Positions 40,471 through 55,769 of a DNA stretch of 64,000 nucleotides are shown in pieces; position 1 is the stretch's first letter; each line of letters opens with the position of its first letter. This DNA comes from Octopus vulgaris (lineage: Eukaryota). Made by a program: the position numbers and the translations under genes. A model generated the notes under the pieces. That model was not told the DNA's origin. It searched no databases and saw only the letters and a program-made list of their open reading frames with translations. The stretch lies in the NCBI GenBank assembly GCA_951406725.2, contig OX597821.1:46438001-46502000 (forward strand), read 5' to 3'.

Positions 40471-40740
40471 AGACAGAAAAATAGATGAATATATTTTCAG
40501 TAGGATGGGAAGAAAGAAAATGCGTTTAATTCTTGTATAACGCCTGAAGATGCCTGTAAAATAATGTATAGCCTATTTGTTTACAACGCAGGCTATCAAA
40601 TTGAGTTTTTTTTTTATATTTACCTAATCCACGATAACGATATGCTTTTGTTATCTGGACAGATCTCTAAGCCGGGGATGTATACAAAAACAACAACGAA
40701 GTTTACCAGAATATTTCGCATTTTGATAGCTTTCAATCTA

Positions 40741-41366
40741 TCTATATAATACGAAAAGTCTGTGATTGCTTGCTTGTGTCCTTGTCTGTAATTTGATATA
40801 GCCAAACTGGCGTATAATGGGAAAATACTCTGAAAGTAAGAGACCCCTGAAATGTGAATACAAATAGAATAAAACAAGTTTCGCGTAAAGCGGGCCATAG
40901 ATTCCCGAGATACGCGGTTTTTTGGGGTTTGTTTCCACTAAGCAGTGAAACCTGGAGTTATTGTCCTTTACTTAGAACACCTGGATAGTTTTGCTTGCAT
41001 GCTTTCTTGCGTGCGTGCTTGCCTGTAATTCAATACAGCCAAACCGACGCATAATGGGAAAATACTCTGAAAGTAAAGTGTTTCTGAAATGAGAATGCAA
41101 ACGGACCACGGGTTCCAGAGACACGCGGTTTTTTCGGGTACCTCTATGAATGCCTGCTTGTATATTTGCTTGTGTGCTTGCCAGTAATTTAATACAGCCG
41201 AACCGGCGCATAATAGAGAAATACTTTGAAAGTAAGGTACTATTGAAATGTGAATACAAACAGAATAAAACAAGTTCCGCGTAAATCAGACCACGGATTC
41301 CCGAGATACGCTTTATTTTCAGGTACTTTGAACTGTTGGTGACCCAACAGGTCACGGGAAGTCTAG
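40741..41366 (+). mobile_element. Non-autonomous Helitron with three internal repeats of about 130-160 bp
   Basis: A|TCTATATAAT start, gtgacc-caaca-ggtcac hairpin, CTAG|T end. Units begin near 40765, 41005 and 41165. Confidence 0.75.
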
Positions 41367-41752
41367 TAACTATATAAAAATTGCATGCAAACGTTTGTTG
41401 TATTTATTATAAGAAAGCAAATATTGTCACGCAATTGATAACATTTACTTTCATAGAAATTTATTTCAGGAATTTAATACTTAAAGTTTGAATTTTCGAC
41501 GAAGATTCTCCCTGTGCAATGTGTTAATTTTAGTATTTCACCGAGAGTCGATTCCAGTTTTCGTTATTTCGATCTATTTCCAGTTTTCTAACAGATTTTT
41601 TGGACGAAGTAAAACATACTCAACACCAAGTCGCTATAATTATATACATCATTGAGGAAGTTTTAAACAACATCTAATGAATTGATTAATTTTTATGTAT
41701 AGAATTTCATTTGACAAAAATCTATTTTATCATCAAGCAATCTGGTGGTTAC

Positions 41753-41795
41753 CGCCCGTTGACGAGGGACAACAATCCCGAAACTAGTTCGAGCG
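41753..41795 (+). ncRNA. Minimal type I hammerhead motif (C3U)
   Basis: cgcccg-TTGACGA-ggga-caacaa-tccc-GAAA-ctag-TT-cgagcg. Palindromic ACTAGT. Confidence 0.72.
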
Positions 41796-42311
41796 TATCA
41801 CTCAGGCTTGCGAGGAAGGGATGGCCTCCCTTTGCAAATACTCCAAGGACACAGCTATTGTGTCTAAAGCCAGCTAGAGACGAAGATCTCTTGGGGCTAT
41901 AAAGCTACAGTAACACCCCTCCCCAATGTGGTTAGCCATGATAAGATGGCTTCTATACTTTACATTATCGAACGATCAATGTTTCAATCTCATTCTGAGA
42001 TTTAATTATGCAATATGAAAGTTATTTATGATAATATATGACAGGACAGGAGACTGACAAAGAGTAATGAAATATATATATTCTATGGAAACTATGATGA
42101 TGGAAGAATGTGACCATTTCTAAGTCTATTTCTACTCGTACACATTCATGCTCTCATATACACATACACATATAGAAGCTTATATTTATATTTATGTATG
42201 AATGCATGTATGTGTGTGTGTATACATATATATATATGCGTGTGAGCGTGTGTTTGTGTGTATATATATGTGTATATATAAATATAAGTATAAATATAAA
42301 TAAATAAATAA

Positions 42312-42420
<109 letters not shown>

Positions 42421-42532
42421 TGTAGGACATTTACCCCCGTGGACAATAACCCGCCAAGGACAACAGATGATGATTTAAAACTTAATATATTAGAGAGGGG
42501 GTAATTAACCAAGTGGGATAATTATCTTGATA

Positions 42533-42608
<76 letters not shown>

Positions 42609-43114
42609 CTATGTACATATATATATATATATAATGAAGTCAAGCCAAGTAAGAGCATTTTGAATGCATTTATTACGTACGTTTCAACCGACATCTTTGA
42701 ACAAGGAACACTACTAAAGACCACCGTTAAGAGAATTCGTATCATCGCAAAACCTATTTAATGTTGTAAGAAGCAAAATATGTATATCTATTTTTCTATC
42801 GGTAATTGAAACCGAACAAATTAGTTCTTAAAAGCAAATTGGTTAGTTTTTAAAATTTGCTGGCACTCCCATGTAGTAGTAATCCTTGCTGCTTCTGTCA
42901 CATGCTTTGTCCTCTCCTAATTACAGCACTCTTTTCTTCTCTTCTGCTAATTCCTGCTGAATCATACCGAAAATTAAATGTAGAAGTAAACCCTGCTGCT
43001 TCTATCACATATTTTGACCTTTTTTAACAATGCGGACGAGTACCTTCGATACAGGCTCTATCTCAAGGTAATTAACAATTTTACCTTTTCTTTTCCTATT
43101 GACGTCTACCTTAA

Positions 43115-43335
43115 CCCTTTCATTACCGTATTTATTTTGAGATGCTCTGTGTTTCTTTCAATTAATTCTAAATATAACAAAGAATTTAGTCAAATAACTT
43201 AGTTATCATGCAGCTAGTGTTAGGAACATAAATTGTGACTAAGGTTTGGTGAGAGATTTTAATTCAAAACTTATGAAAACAAGACATTTGTACTTAGAGC
43301 CAGAGCCGGTTTCAGCCGGGTTGGTACCAAAAGGG
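43115..43335. mobile_element. piggyBac-type MITE
   Basis: TTAA-CCCTTTcattacc ... ggtaccaAAAGGG-TTAA. Confidence 0.8.
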
Positions 43336-43717
43336 TTAAATACTATGCATAGAAATTGCATCTACATTTTAATATTTAATACTGGCACCGCATAAACGTC
43401 TTGCTATTGCTAACACAAGACTCACAGTTTATAGCACCCGCCAACATCTACATACAGAAGTAAAAATGGTATTACCTACAAGTATAAACAGGTGTATGTG
43501 TACAAATGATATTACAAAATCTAGCAGAAAAAGCATTTCTAGTAGTGAATCATAGCAATGGCAGAATCACCATGGCTACCGTGGCTTGAACAAGGAAAAC
43601 AGTTATAAAAAAAAAGGACTCCAAAAGTTACTACAGATGTCAGTAACATAGTTACCACCACCGGCAACAACAATCCAAAGAAAAAAGGACAATAACAATG
43701 ATAATAATAGTACAAAT

Positions 43718-43913
43718 GTTGGCACACGGCCAGCAATTTCGGAGAAGAGAGTACGTCGATCACATCGACCCCATTGTTCAACTTTTTCAACCCCGAAAGG
43801 ATGAAAAGCAAAGTCGACCTCGACAGAATTTGAACTCAGAACGTAAAGGTATACTAAATGATGCTAAGTATTTTGCCTGACGTGCTAACGATTCTGCCAG
43901 CTCGCCGCCTTAA

Positions 43914-43977
<64 letters not shown>

Positions 43978-44189
43978 CACTTCTATTAAAGGCACAAGGC
44001 CTGAAATTTTGGGGGAGGAGTTAAGTCACGTACATCGACCCCAGTACTCAACTGGTACTTAATTTATAAACCCTGAAAGGATGAAAGGCAAAGTCGACCT
44101 CTGCAGGATTTGAACTCAGAACACAGCAGTAGACGAAATACCGCTAAGTATTTCGCTCGGCGTGCTAACGATTCTGTCAGCTCGCCGCC

Positions 44190-44190
<1 letters not shown>
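43718..44190 (-). mobile_element. Two tandem copies of SINE family C separated by (TAA)n
   Basis: Heads ggcggcgagctg(g/a)cagaatcgttagcacg at 43909 and 44189. Shared gtcgactttgc(c/t)tttcatccttt core. Confidence 0.85.
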
Positions 44191-44239
<49 letters not shown>

Positions 44240-44242
44240 GAA

Positions 44243-45360
44243 GAATACAGGCAGAGTTAGAAATGCTCTCGAAGGAAATTTCTGTGTTAGACAGAAAAGA
44301 GAAGGAGGAGCTTAAAAGCGAACAAAAATACAGGGCACTGGAAAGAAAGTATAATATAGAAAGAAAAGGCCTGAAAGTAATAATGGAGGAACTGAAGCAG
44401 CGCCTCGTTGCAAAAAAGGCAAAGATGGTAAGATACGACAAAAGAATCAAGGGTTACCACCAGAATAGGTTATTCAGAATAGATCAGAAGAGGTCCTATA
44501 AAGAAATAAACGGAGAATGTACAGATGAAAAGTTGATATCAGATAACATCGAAAGTCAAAGGTTTTGGAGCGACATCTGGAGCAAAGACAAGGAACACGA
44601 GAAGGATGCTGAATGGTTGCAAGAACTGAAACAAACACTATTCTGCCCAAAACAGACAGAACTAGTCATTTCATTTAAGGAAGTGAAGGAAATCAACAAA
44701 AAAGATGAACAACTGGAAGGCCCCGGGACCAGATGGAGTTCAAGGCTACTGGATCAAAAGATTTGGTGAATGTCATGCACGAATAGCTGCTTGTTAAATA
44801 CCGACCAAGTAACACCAGAGTAGTTGACATTGGGTGGGACCATGCTGTGCTTGAAAAACATCGTAATAGGTAATATGGTAGACAATTAAAGGCTGATATC
44901 CTGTCTGCTACTTATGTGGAAATTATTGACTGGAATACTCGCAGAGACAATGTACGAACGCATTGCATGCGTAAGTGCAGAAGTACCAAGGATCAAATCG
45001 TGATAGACAAAACTGTACTTAGAGACCGCAAAAGGAGGAAAAGTAACTTAGCCATGTCATGGATTGACTATCGTAAGGCGTACGATATGATCCCACATTC
45101 TTGGATTATGGAGTGTATGAATCTATTTGGTATTGCATGGAATGTTGAGCGATTGCTTGGAAAAAGTATGGCGAATAGGAGGACGGACCTAACAGCACAC
45201 GGAAGAAGTTTAGGGACAGTAGAAATTAGGAGGTGCATCTTCCAAGGGGGCTGCCTTTCCCCACTGATATTTGTACTGTGCTTCATACCACTAACACTGA
45301 TACTGAGGAAAGCAAATGCTAGGTATGTATTCAAAAGCCGCCAGTAAAAGTCAACCATTT
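44243..45360 (+). mobile_element. R4/Dong-type LINE reverse transcriptase remnant
   Basis: NWKAPGPDGVQGYW, TKDQ..ID, WIDYRKAYDMIPHSWI, IFQGG.LSPL.F. Starts in (TAA)n. Confidence 0.9.
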
Positions 45361-45479
45361 GTTGCAGTGTCTAGTTGCAGTGCTATTTTCTGTATGCCAT
45401 ATATATTTGTAAGTCCTGGTGTTTTGGTTATGTATTTCTTTGTGTTTTTTATTATGCTTAATGCACCAATTATTAATAA

Positions 45480-45890
45480 ATGGAATTTCGATGATGTAGT
45501 ATATAAATGTAGAGTGAGTTTGATTGATGATAATAATAGGAATGGTTATAATTTAAATGCAATTTACATTGGTTCGACTTCTAATAAAATTAAATTAGGG
45601 GTGGCTCAACACATGAATTCTTTTAAGAATAGAAATTTAATTAATTCTATTGGCCTTAGTAAATATATATGGGATTAAAATCTAAAAATATTAAGTACAA
45701 TTTAAATTTGGAGATAGTTTGTAAGGCAAAATCATATCGAATAGGTAGCAATTTTTGTTTATGTACTAACGAATTTAAGGAAATATTATTAACTAATAAT
45801 AATTTGATTAATTACCTCGACGAACGAAAAATTAAATGTAGACATAAATTAAATTACTTATATAATAAGTTTAACCAATTTATGTATATA
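45480..45890 (+). mobile_element. Penelope-like GIY-YIG fragment
   Basis: VVYKCRV..IYIGSTSNKIK....H.NSF..LSKYIW, CLCTNE, CRH. Confidence 0.85.
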
Positions 45891-46507
45891 TATAAATCCT
45901 GTTTTATGTTACTAAATTGTAGTAGTTATAATTTGTAGTAGTTGAATGTGAATACATTAGCAGGAGATTATATAGTCTATATTACGTAAAAAGACTAAGC
46001 TGAATATTAGATGTTTATAAAATAAATAAATTAATTAATGGAAATACATTAAATTATAGAATTTTAGTTTAATTTATGTTTTACTATACTATGTATTTCA
46101 CGTATTTAGTATTTTAATTATTCAGACTTTATAATTTTTCCAGTTAATAGTATATTAAACTTAATATTTTTTCTTATTCTTACAGCTAAAATACATTTGT
46201 AAGTTGCTTAAATACATATTTCTATCTATTTCTTCTATAAATTCTATTTACGCCATATTTTCATTCGATATATTTCTTGTTTTCTTATAAACGCTAAGTT
46301 CGACGTTTTACGTTTAAATAGTAAGTTAACGAAAATTTTTGGACAAGATAAGTTATATTCATTTTACGATATATTGTTAAATGTTTTTCGATTATTTATA
46401 GCTAATACATGTATTTTTTAAAATATTTATTTGATAATTAGTATAAGTTAAGATAAGTGCATTTTTTCTATTATTATTATTTTTTATTTTTTATTATTTA
46501 TTATCTT

Positions 46508-46627
46508 AGACCTTATGAGTGACTATATTTTTAAATAGAATTAATTTTAGTTCGATTTAATTTTGAATCGAATTGATTTTATTATCATAATCTATTTGAA
46601 AATATAGCCATGAAACGTGCATAGTCT
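46508..46627 (+). ncRNA. Degenerate type I hammerhead motif (G5U) downstream of the GIY-YIG ORF
   Basis: agac-CTTATGA-gtgactatattt...aaatatagccat-GAAA-cgtgca-TA-gtct. Confidence 0.65.
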
Positions 46628-46844
46628 TTTTACTACAATTTACAATTTATTGTACTTTATTGATTTAAAATAAGGTTTTTTTATAGTATATGTTTTCTAT
46701 ATGGTGTGTATAACATTTTTCTTTATTGAATTGTTTAATAGTGTTTTTTTTTTCTAAATTATATACATATATTATATATTGTGAAATTTGCTTTAAAATT
46801 GTAAAATTGAACTTTCCCTGTAAGTTTTGGAATTATATTCTATC

Positions 46845-46904
<60 letters not shown>

Positions 46905-46924
46905 CATCATCATCATCATCATCA

Positions 46925-46983
<59 letters not shown>

Positions 46984-46994
46984 TAGTATATTTT

Positions 46995-47712
46995 TTATAT
47001 CGTGCTTTCACTTCACTACCGAGCGCAGCTCTGTGTGCCTTGGGTATATGCTGTGATTTGTTGTGATGCTCTGATGGTTATTGTATGGAAAGTGTTCTGC
47101 GTAGGATGTATGCAGTGCTAGTAGTGCAATTTTCTGTATGTTATACGTGTTTGTAAGTCCTGGTGTTTTTGTTATGTATTTGTCTGAATATTTTTTTGTC
47201 ATGCCTAATGCACCTATTATGACAGGAATTGTTTCTGCTTTTAGATTCCATATTCTGGTTACCTCTATTTCCATGTCTTTGTATTTTGAAAGTTTCTCCA
47301 TTTCTTTTAGAGACACGTTGTCATCTGCCGGTATTGATACATCAATTAGAATTAATTCTATTTTCTTCTTCATTTCTGAAAACTATATCTGGTTTGTTGG
47401 CCTTAATTTCTCTATCTGTGTGTATTGGCATATCCCAGAGTATGGTTGCTTTCTCGTTTTCTGTGACCTTTTCTGGTGTGTGCCTATACCATCTTTTTTC
47501 TGTTATTCCATAATGTTGACATAGTTTCCAGTGTATATAGGTCCCAACTCTGTCGTGTCTGTGAATATATTCCTTCTTAGCCAGGACTGGGCAGCCAGAT
47601 ATATGATTTATTGTTTCTTGTCCATCTCCACATATTCTGCAGTTACTTGCTATATTTCTTTTCATTACATGTTTTTGGTAATTTCTGGTGGGGAGGCTTT
47701 GTTCTGGTGCTG
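46995..47712 (-). mobile_element. Dong-like RLE LINE 3' end inserted in (TAA)n
   Basis: CRICGDGQETINHISGC, RHD, ILWD, NKPDIV, LIDVS, EKLSKY. (TAA)n on both sides. Confidence 0.92.
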
Positions 47713-47730
47713 CAATTATTATTATTATTA

Positions 47731-47920
<190 letters not shown>

Positions 47921-48102
47921 CGTAAAATATATTTGCCACCTAAATGTGGCTAACCATTAAGGGTTGTAGCCCCAGTAGCATCAACCCTTTAGGGTTAGCT
48001 ACATTTAGATGGCAAATATATTTCACGATGTCGTGCAGCTACTGTATATACATCGCTCAGAGATATATTATTGCTTATATATACATATATATATGTATGT
48101 AC

Positions 48103-48177
<75 letters not shown>

Positions 48178-48613
48178 TATATATATATATTGTGTATAAA
48201 CATACACAACGCATTGATGTACACCCAAACACATATTAACATGCATAAATACTTACACAAATGCGAAAGTCTTTAAATATGTATCTTATATGGATATTTT
48301 TCAATTTCAATAGTTTTTCTTCTCCAGAAACTTACTAAGAATATCATAAATATATGTTATATAGACAATATATCGCACTCTCTGACATGCTGTTAAGCCA
48401 GTCTATATTGCAGGTATCGATTTTATATGCTGTTGGAAATTGTATCACGATATATGCTACTGAGCGAGTTATAGTGAAACGTGAATAATGCACACATGCA
48501 CATGCACAACTGCATATAGTTACAAGCAAACTCTCGGGTTCATATATATCTACACAGTTAGAGAGATAGATACATTTATAGATTGATATATATAGATTGA
48601 TATATACATATGT

Positions 48614-48653
<40 letters not shown>

Positions 48654-48655
48654 GT

Positions 48656-48690
<35 letters not shown>

Positions 48691-49069
48691 GATATAAACA
48701 CGCACACAAACACATATATCCATATACATATGTATATGTATGTGTGTATGTATGTAGGCTTGTGTGTGTGTATGTATATACATACGTGTGCGTATGTGTG
48801 TGTGTGTATGCATGTGCATGTGTGTGTGCTTACGCATGTGCGTATATATATTGAAATGTATTTATCTATACGCTGTGTGTATACATGTATATATATATGC
48901 ATATATATACATATATATGTGTGTGCGTGTGTGAATGCGCATGTATCAATATTTTTAGATATATATATGTATGTGTATGTGTGTATGTGTATATGTATGC
49001 ATGTATGTGTATATGTATATGTATGTGTATAAGTATATATATGTGTGTGTATGTGCATATGTATCTATG

Positions 49070-49103
<34 letters not shown>

Positions 49104-49624
49104 CGTTTGAATTTGTGTTCATGTTAAATAATTAACTCGATAAATAGGTAATGAATGTATGAATAAATAGAGGGATACTGATTTTTCAAAAATTTAAAAA
49201 TTGATACGTGTATTAGCTCGTGGTAATATTTTGAAGTTAGAGAAGATAACGTGAACAAAATTTTTTTCAATGTGATATTTATCCAAACTTTATAATGTCA
49301 CAACATTCTTTAACGTACTTGTATTAGAGGCTAAATTTTCATATTATGCTGTATGATTTGTAAGTTTTTTTATTTAGACTGAATGGCTTGTGCCTTTAAA
49401 TTAGTATATTAATGAGGATATTTATAATATTTCAGTGGATTAATAAATAAATTTAGTATTAAGTACCATAATATATTTATCTTAAGTGTAAATTATATCA
49501 CTATATTCGTAGTTAAATTTAAGATATTAGTTTCAATTACGCTATCATCTTTATATAAAATGATTATAAGTATATAAATTAAATTTAATAATAATAATAA
49601 TAATAATAATAATATATTAATAAC

Positions 49625-49658
<34 letters not shown>

Positions 49659-49664
49659 TTAATA

Positions 49665-49733
<69 letters not shown>

Positions 49734-49734
49734 G

Positions 49735-50287
<553 letters not shown>

Positions 50288-50289
50288 TA

Positions 50290-50356
<67 letters not shown>

Positions 50357-51781
50357 TAATAATAATAATAATAATATATAATAATATATAAATAATTTTA
50401 TAAAGTGCCATATCGTGATTGAAAACATTTCTAGTGTAAGTTCGTATTTCCGGTTATTTTTCCGTAAGCAATTACGTTATAAATATATAATTATTGATTT
50501 ACTGTGGTATTTTCCTTTCATAAACGATGTAAATTTATGTTTTTACTTGTTATTTACTAAGAATTATGTTTATATTTACTACGTGTAAATAGATTAAAAT
50601 AATTCTTAAATATAATTATATATCATTTTGAATAATTATGCATATATGAATATTTCTTGTAGACCCTATAATATTTAGTATATATCATAATATTATGTTC
50701 TTTCGAACTTGTATGCACATAAAAATGATAGAATACTAAAACTATTAGCTTACTCTAATTTATTTCCTTCTGTAAAACTAAGTAAAATTCTGATACTTTA
50801 TTTATATATTGTTATCATTTTTATTTAAGAAATAGTATAGGCTATAATAATCTAACTTTGTACATTTGTTTAACATTAGCGTATTTAATAGAAACTTTTG
50901 AATAAATGAATTGTTGATTAAAAGATTTTTAAAAACGTATTTAATGTCTGAATAAAATATATCCATACATATTTTTTCATAATAGTATATAGAAATTATA
51001 AATAAAATATATTTCCTACTCCAACGTTAGATCTTCACACATTATATAGACTTTATTATTATATAAATAAAAATGGGTAGTGATTATTTTAGATTAAATT
51101 ATATTTCGATTAATATTATTAAAGATGCATAAGAACATTTTATGACCGCTGTTATTGTTTTGTTTACTTAATTTATTTGAATTTTGCGTTTGCTTTTATT
51201 ATATCTATTATATTTTAAAATTATCAACGCTCACGCTTGTAAATATATCATTTAGGAGTTCTTATGATTTAGCAGTTCCTGTATGAAATTTTTGCCTATT
51301 TTTTATAAATTCACTAGTGGATATGAGTCGAAACAAATTATGGGATATATATTTATTTTAATTGTTTGTTATATTATATTATATTTTTTATAGTATAATT
51401 ATATTATATTATAATGTTAATAAAGTTTTAATATGTCAATTGTATTTCTCTATTTCTTTTAGTATTTATATATTGAAATTATGCAATTTTAAGTTCGGAT
51501 GTTTTCTCTACTATACTGTGTTATCAAACCGAAGAACCAGTGAACATTGGATGTTTTCCATCCGTTTGAAAGAAATTGTTTCTTTTTCCTTGGATTAATT
51601 AATAATGATATATTTATATATTACTTGAGTAATATTATTAACGTTTTTCTTTTCGCTAGTATCAATGCAGAAATTGATTTTGCTATCCTTTTTCCTCTTA
51701 TATATCTGCTAACTCTGAAGCCTACTACGGGCCCAAAGCTCCTGCTTCAGATGTGACCTTGGAATATATATATATATATAT

Positions 51782-51814
<33 letters not shown>

Positions 51815-51826
51815 TATATATATTAA

Positions 51827-51921
51827 GACCCCCTTCGGTCATGACACACAGCCTGGTCCGGGATTCGAACTCACAACCTCACGATCGTAAGCTCGACGCT
51901 CTAGCCACTGAACCATGCGCC
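51827..51921 (-). mobile_element. SINE family A, internally deleted (head fused to tail)
   Basis: Matches both ends of 11476-11808. Confidence 0.8.
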
Positions 51922-52199
51922 TTCACACACACACACACACGCGCGCGCGCATATATGTACATGTATTGAACGTTATGGCTTATGTGTGTATATACATGTA
52001 TATATATGTATGTATACATATATTTATAAGTGTGTGTATGTGTATAAATATGTATATGGCTATATCTGTAGATGTTGTCTATATATTTGCATATATAAAA
52101 AAAAAAAACGGAACAAGAACGCAACATATGATAATAAAACATCCAGAAAGATTTAATTATTTAAGTAATATTATTAACGTATTTTTTCGGTGGTATCAA

Positions 52200-54200
52200 T
52201 GGAGAAATTACCAATTGATTTATCTTTAAAAGACATTCCTATTCCACACCAAGGAAAGATTTAATGAAGGACCTGATTAATAAGACTTTTGAATTCATCT
52301 ATGATAAAGGTTTTGAACAAGAAATTAACCCTGATAATGAAGGTATTGAACTTTTTAAAAAGGCTAAGAAATTTCCGCCCCCAAACCGCTATTTGGAGTC
52401 TTTGAAAATGATTTATGGAATATTGTCAAAAATACTAAATTTGTTAAATATCCCTTAGGGGGAATGAACATTTAAAGAAATTAAAGTCTTTAGTATGTTA
52501 TAAAAAAAGAAAAAATGGAATTATTGTGCAATATGATAAAACTGGAAACCTATATCAAATGGATTTATTAAAATATCATGAATTAATGAAGAAAGAGATT
52601 AGTAATTATAAAGTAGTAAGTAAAAATGTTTTAAAGTCCATTAACTTAGAAGCTAAAAAATTATGAATGATTATGATTTTGATGATAGAACAGAGCCTTT
52701 TGTTCTCATGAGGCCTAGGTTAACTTTAAAAGCTGACAGAGAAAACTTCTTTTGTAATCCTAAAGTTAGATTAATTTGCCCAGGCCGACCTGACGTGCGT
52801 AGATTAAATAACATTATTCTAGATATGTATGTATCTACATTTAACAAAAAAATAAAACTTGAATTTTGGTTTTATATCCAAGAAGCTATTTATTGGCTTG
52901 TTAGGATAGATAATAAAAATAGAAGTAAACTTATATAATTTTATATTTATAATAATTATTCTTCTATTCATCCTATTGTAGTTAATAATACTCTTTTACT
53001 TACTAGAAAATTCTCTAACCTTAGTTTTAAAGAAATTAAAGTAATATTGGAAGCTCGAAAATCTATTATTTTATTTGATAATACATACTAGGCTAGGAAA
53101 TATTCCAATGTTTTTTTTGACATTACTACAAGATCAGCTGATACTGCCCAAGTTACTGATCTTGTAAGTTTATATACATTCAATCTCATTTTAGTAATGA
53201 ATTTCCAGATATTAAAGACATACTGTATATAGATGATGCGCTGTTTTTGATTAATAGACTATCTAATAGGAAATTAGATCTATTTAAGAAACAATTGCAT
53301 AGTTTTTAAAAAAGATTTGGTTTATCTATTTCTATTGAAAATGAGCATGATTCTGTTAATTATTTAGATGTTAATCTGAATTTTGTTACTGGCCAATGTG
53401 TTCCATATCATAAACCAAACAATAATTTGAAATATATTTTCAATACTTTAGAGAGTCAAAACTATTGAAAAGGTTGCAAGATGCAATGAAAATTTTAGGA
53501 AAATAAAAATAAGAACAAAAGTGGAAATTTTACCGGTGAGTGTGTTACATTATAAGGCACAAAAAGAAAACGGCTCTCCCCAGACACAACAGAATATATC
53601 TTAATATATTATATTAAATAAATATAATAAAATAATAAATAATAAAAAGATCAGAATTGGTTTTTCAGTATCTAAAAATTTGTTTAGAATGACCTCTTCA
53701 ATTAATAACAAAAAATTAGACATTTTTCATAATAGAAATACGAATGATATTAGTACTGATAATTATGTCGCTGGAACTTGTGATTGTAGATTTAAGGATA
53801 AATGTTTTTTCAATAATTTTTGTATGCAAAATAACCTTGTATATAGATATAGAGTTGAACCCGAAGGGGAGAATTATTTTTACATTGGGTCAACTGAAAA
53901 GTTTATTAAGAAACGAATTGCAAACCATGAATATACTTTTAGGAAGAGGGATAGGTTGAACAGTGCCAATTGAAGTGAGATTATATGGAAGTTAAAGGAT
54001 AGTATGAAATCGTACATCATTAAATGGCAAATACATAGTCATGCTAGATCTTATAAAGTTGCTGATAATAGATGTAAGATGTGTGTTCATGAAATATGTC
54101 AAATTTGTTTAACATCAAAGAAGAAACTTTTTAATGACTAACAGAAACGTATTTATCTTGTAAATACTCTTCTAAATATGCGTCTAGAAAATTTTATCAA
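52200..54200 (+). mobile_element. Penelope-like element, decayed RT and GIY-YIG
   Basis: DKTGNLY, NPKVRLICP, YIDDALF, NYLDVNL, PYHKPN, CDCRFKDKC..LVYRY..YFYIGSTE..KKRIANH. Confidence 0.88.
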
Positions 54201-54506
54201 GTATATTATTTGAAGGTGTATATTATATAAATTAATTTTTTTTATTTGAATATATGTATATCTATGTCTATGTGGCTATAAGTATGTATATCTGGGCGTA
54301 TATATGTATATATGTATGTATGTATGTATATATATATATATAAATATATATGTGTGTGTAAGTCTATATATACTTTAATGTGTATGTATGTGTATTTATG
54401 TATGTATATAGCTATATGTGTGTGTATGTATATCTCTGTGAGTGTAAGTATACATATCTATATGTGCATGTATATGTGTGTGTCTATATATATGTATATA
54501 TGTATG

Positions 54507-54541
<35 letters not shown>

Positions 54542-54612
54542 ATGCATATGAATATGTATATGGCTATATCAGTAGATGTTTTCTATGTATATGTATATAT
54601 AAATTCATAAAA

Positions 54613-54826
54613 CGGAACAAGAACACAACAGGCGACAATAAAACATCCAGACAGATAGACGATGCGAATACGGACAGGAAAAAACAATGACTGGTTATTA
54701 GCAGCTTCCTGTCGTCAATCAAGAAGAGAGGAAGCTGTGAATGACCCGTCCTTGATTTGTCCTGTCCGTCTTCGCATCGTCGATCTGTCCGGATGTTTTA
54801 TTGTCGTCTGTTGGGTTCATGTTCCT
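54613..54826. repeat. Fold-back pair of pLTR-like copies (about 97-bp arms, 18-nt loop)
   Basis: Left arm ggaacaagaac...cagcttcct is about 85-90% the reverse complement of aggaagctg...catgttcc. Confidence 0.9.
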
Positions 54827-54984
54827 TTGTTTTGATTTATACATACATATAGCGGCGCACGTACACTTTTGCTCACCTTGTAAGTGTGTATGTGTATATA
54901 TGTGTGTATATGTATATATATGTATGGATATGTACGTATATGTGTGTGCTTGTATGTGTAAGAGTGTGTATATATGTATATATA

Positions 54985-55015
<31 letters not shown>

Positions 55016-55107
55016 GTACATGTGTGAATGTGCATGTATATATGTATTCTGAATATTATGTATGTGTACGTATATGTGTATGCGTGTCAACTGTATGTCT
55101 CTGTTTC

Positions 55108-55180
<73 letters not shown>

Positions 55181-55429
55181 GGGTTTAGTTCACTGGTGGT
55201 CTAAACGAATAGGTACGTTGTGTTGCTGGTCATCCGTTAGGTTCCAAGGTCACAGCTGAGGCAGGAGCTTTGGGTCTGTAGTAGGCTTCCGAGTTAGCAG
55301 GTTTATAAGAGAAAAAGATAACAAAAACCAATGCACGACGAGTGTCTCAAGTCATTTTGATTATTTCATTGCAGTAAGGTGAATTTGAAGCAATTGATCA
55401 ATTAGTTAGTTAATTAATTAATTATTGGA

Positions 55430-55507
55430 TGTCTAACAGCTGTTTTAAGGATTTCCCAAGTAATAGGTTAGCGTCTCTATATAATGAGTATTTTGTCATC
55501 AGAGACA
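55430..55507 (-). ncRNA. Degenerate type I hammerhead motif (G12A)
   Basis: Minus: tgtct-CTGATGA-...-AAAA-cagctg-TT-agaca. Palindromic ACAGCTGT; stem II decayed. Confidence 0.6.
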
Positions 55508-55769
55508 AGGTGAATGTGTATGAAAGTTCTTGACAGAGAATTCACCGTTTATAAAGGAATAAAATAGTAGATAGAAGAATAAAGATTAAAACAGTAGATA
55601 GAAGAATACAGACAAGAGAATAAAGTTCCTGAGGGTATACATATACAGGTTCTTGCAGATAAATTGAGACAATTTTTACGATGCATAAAACTGGTTATAG
55701 ATACTAAAATAATCATAGTAGACAGATATAATTTTAATGTAACATGTATTACGACAAAAACATTCATTG

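Noticed and set aside
40540-40610. Hammerhead (CTGAAGA-tgcctg...caggc)
   Set aside because: No GAAA or stem I/III partner found; at most a decayed remnant.
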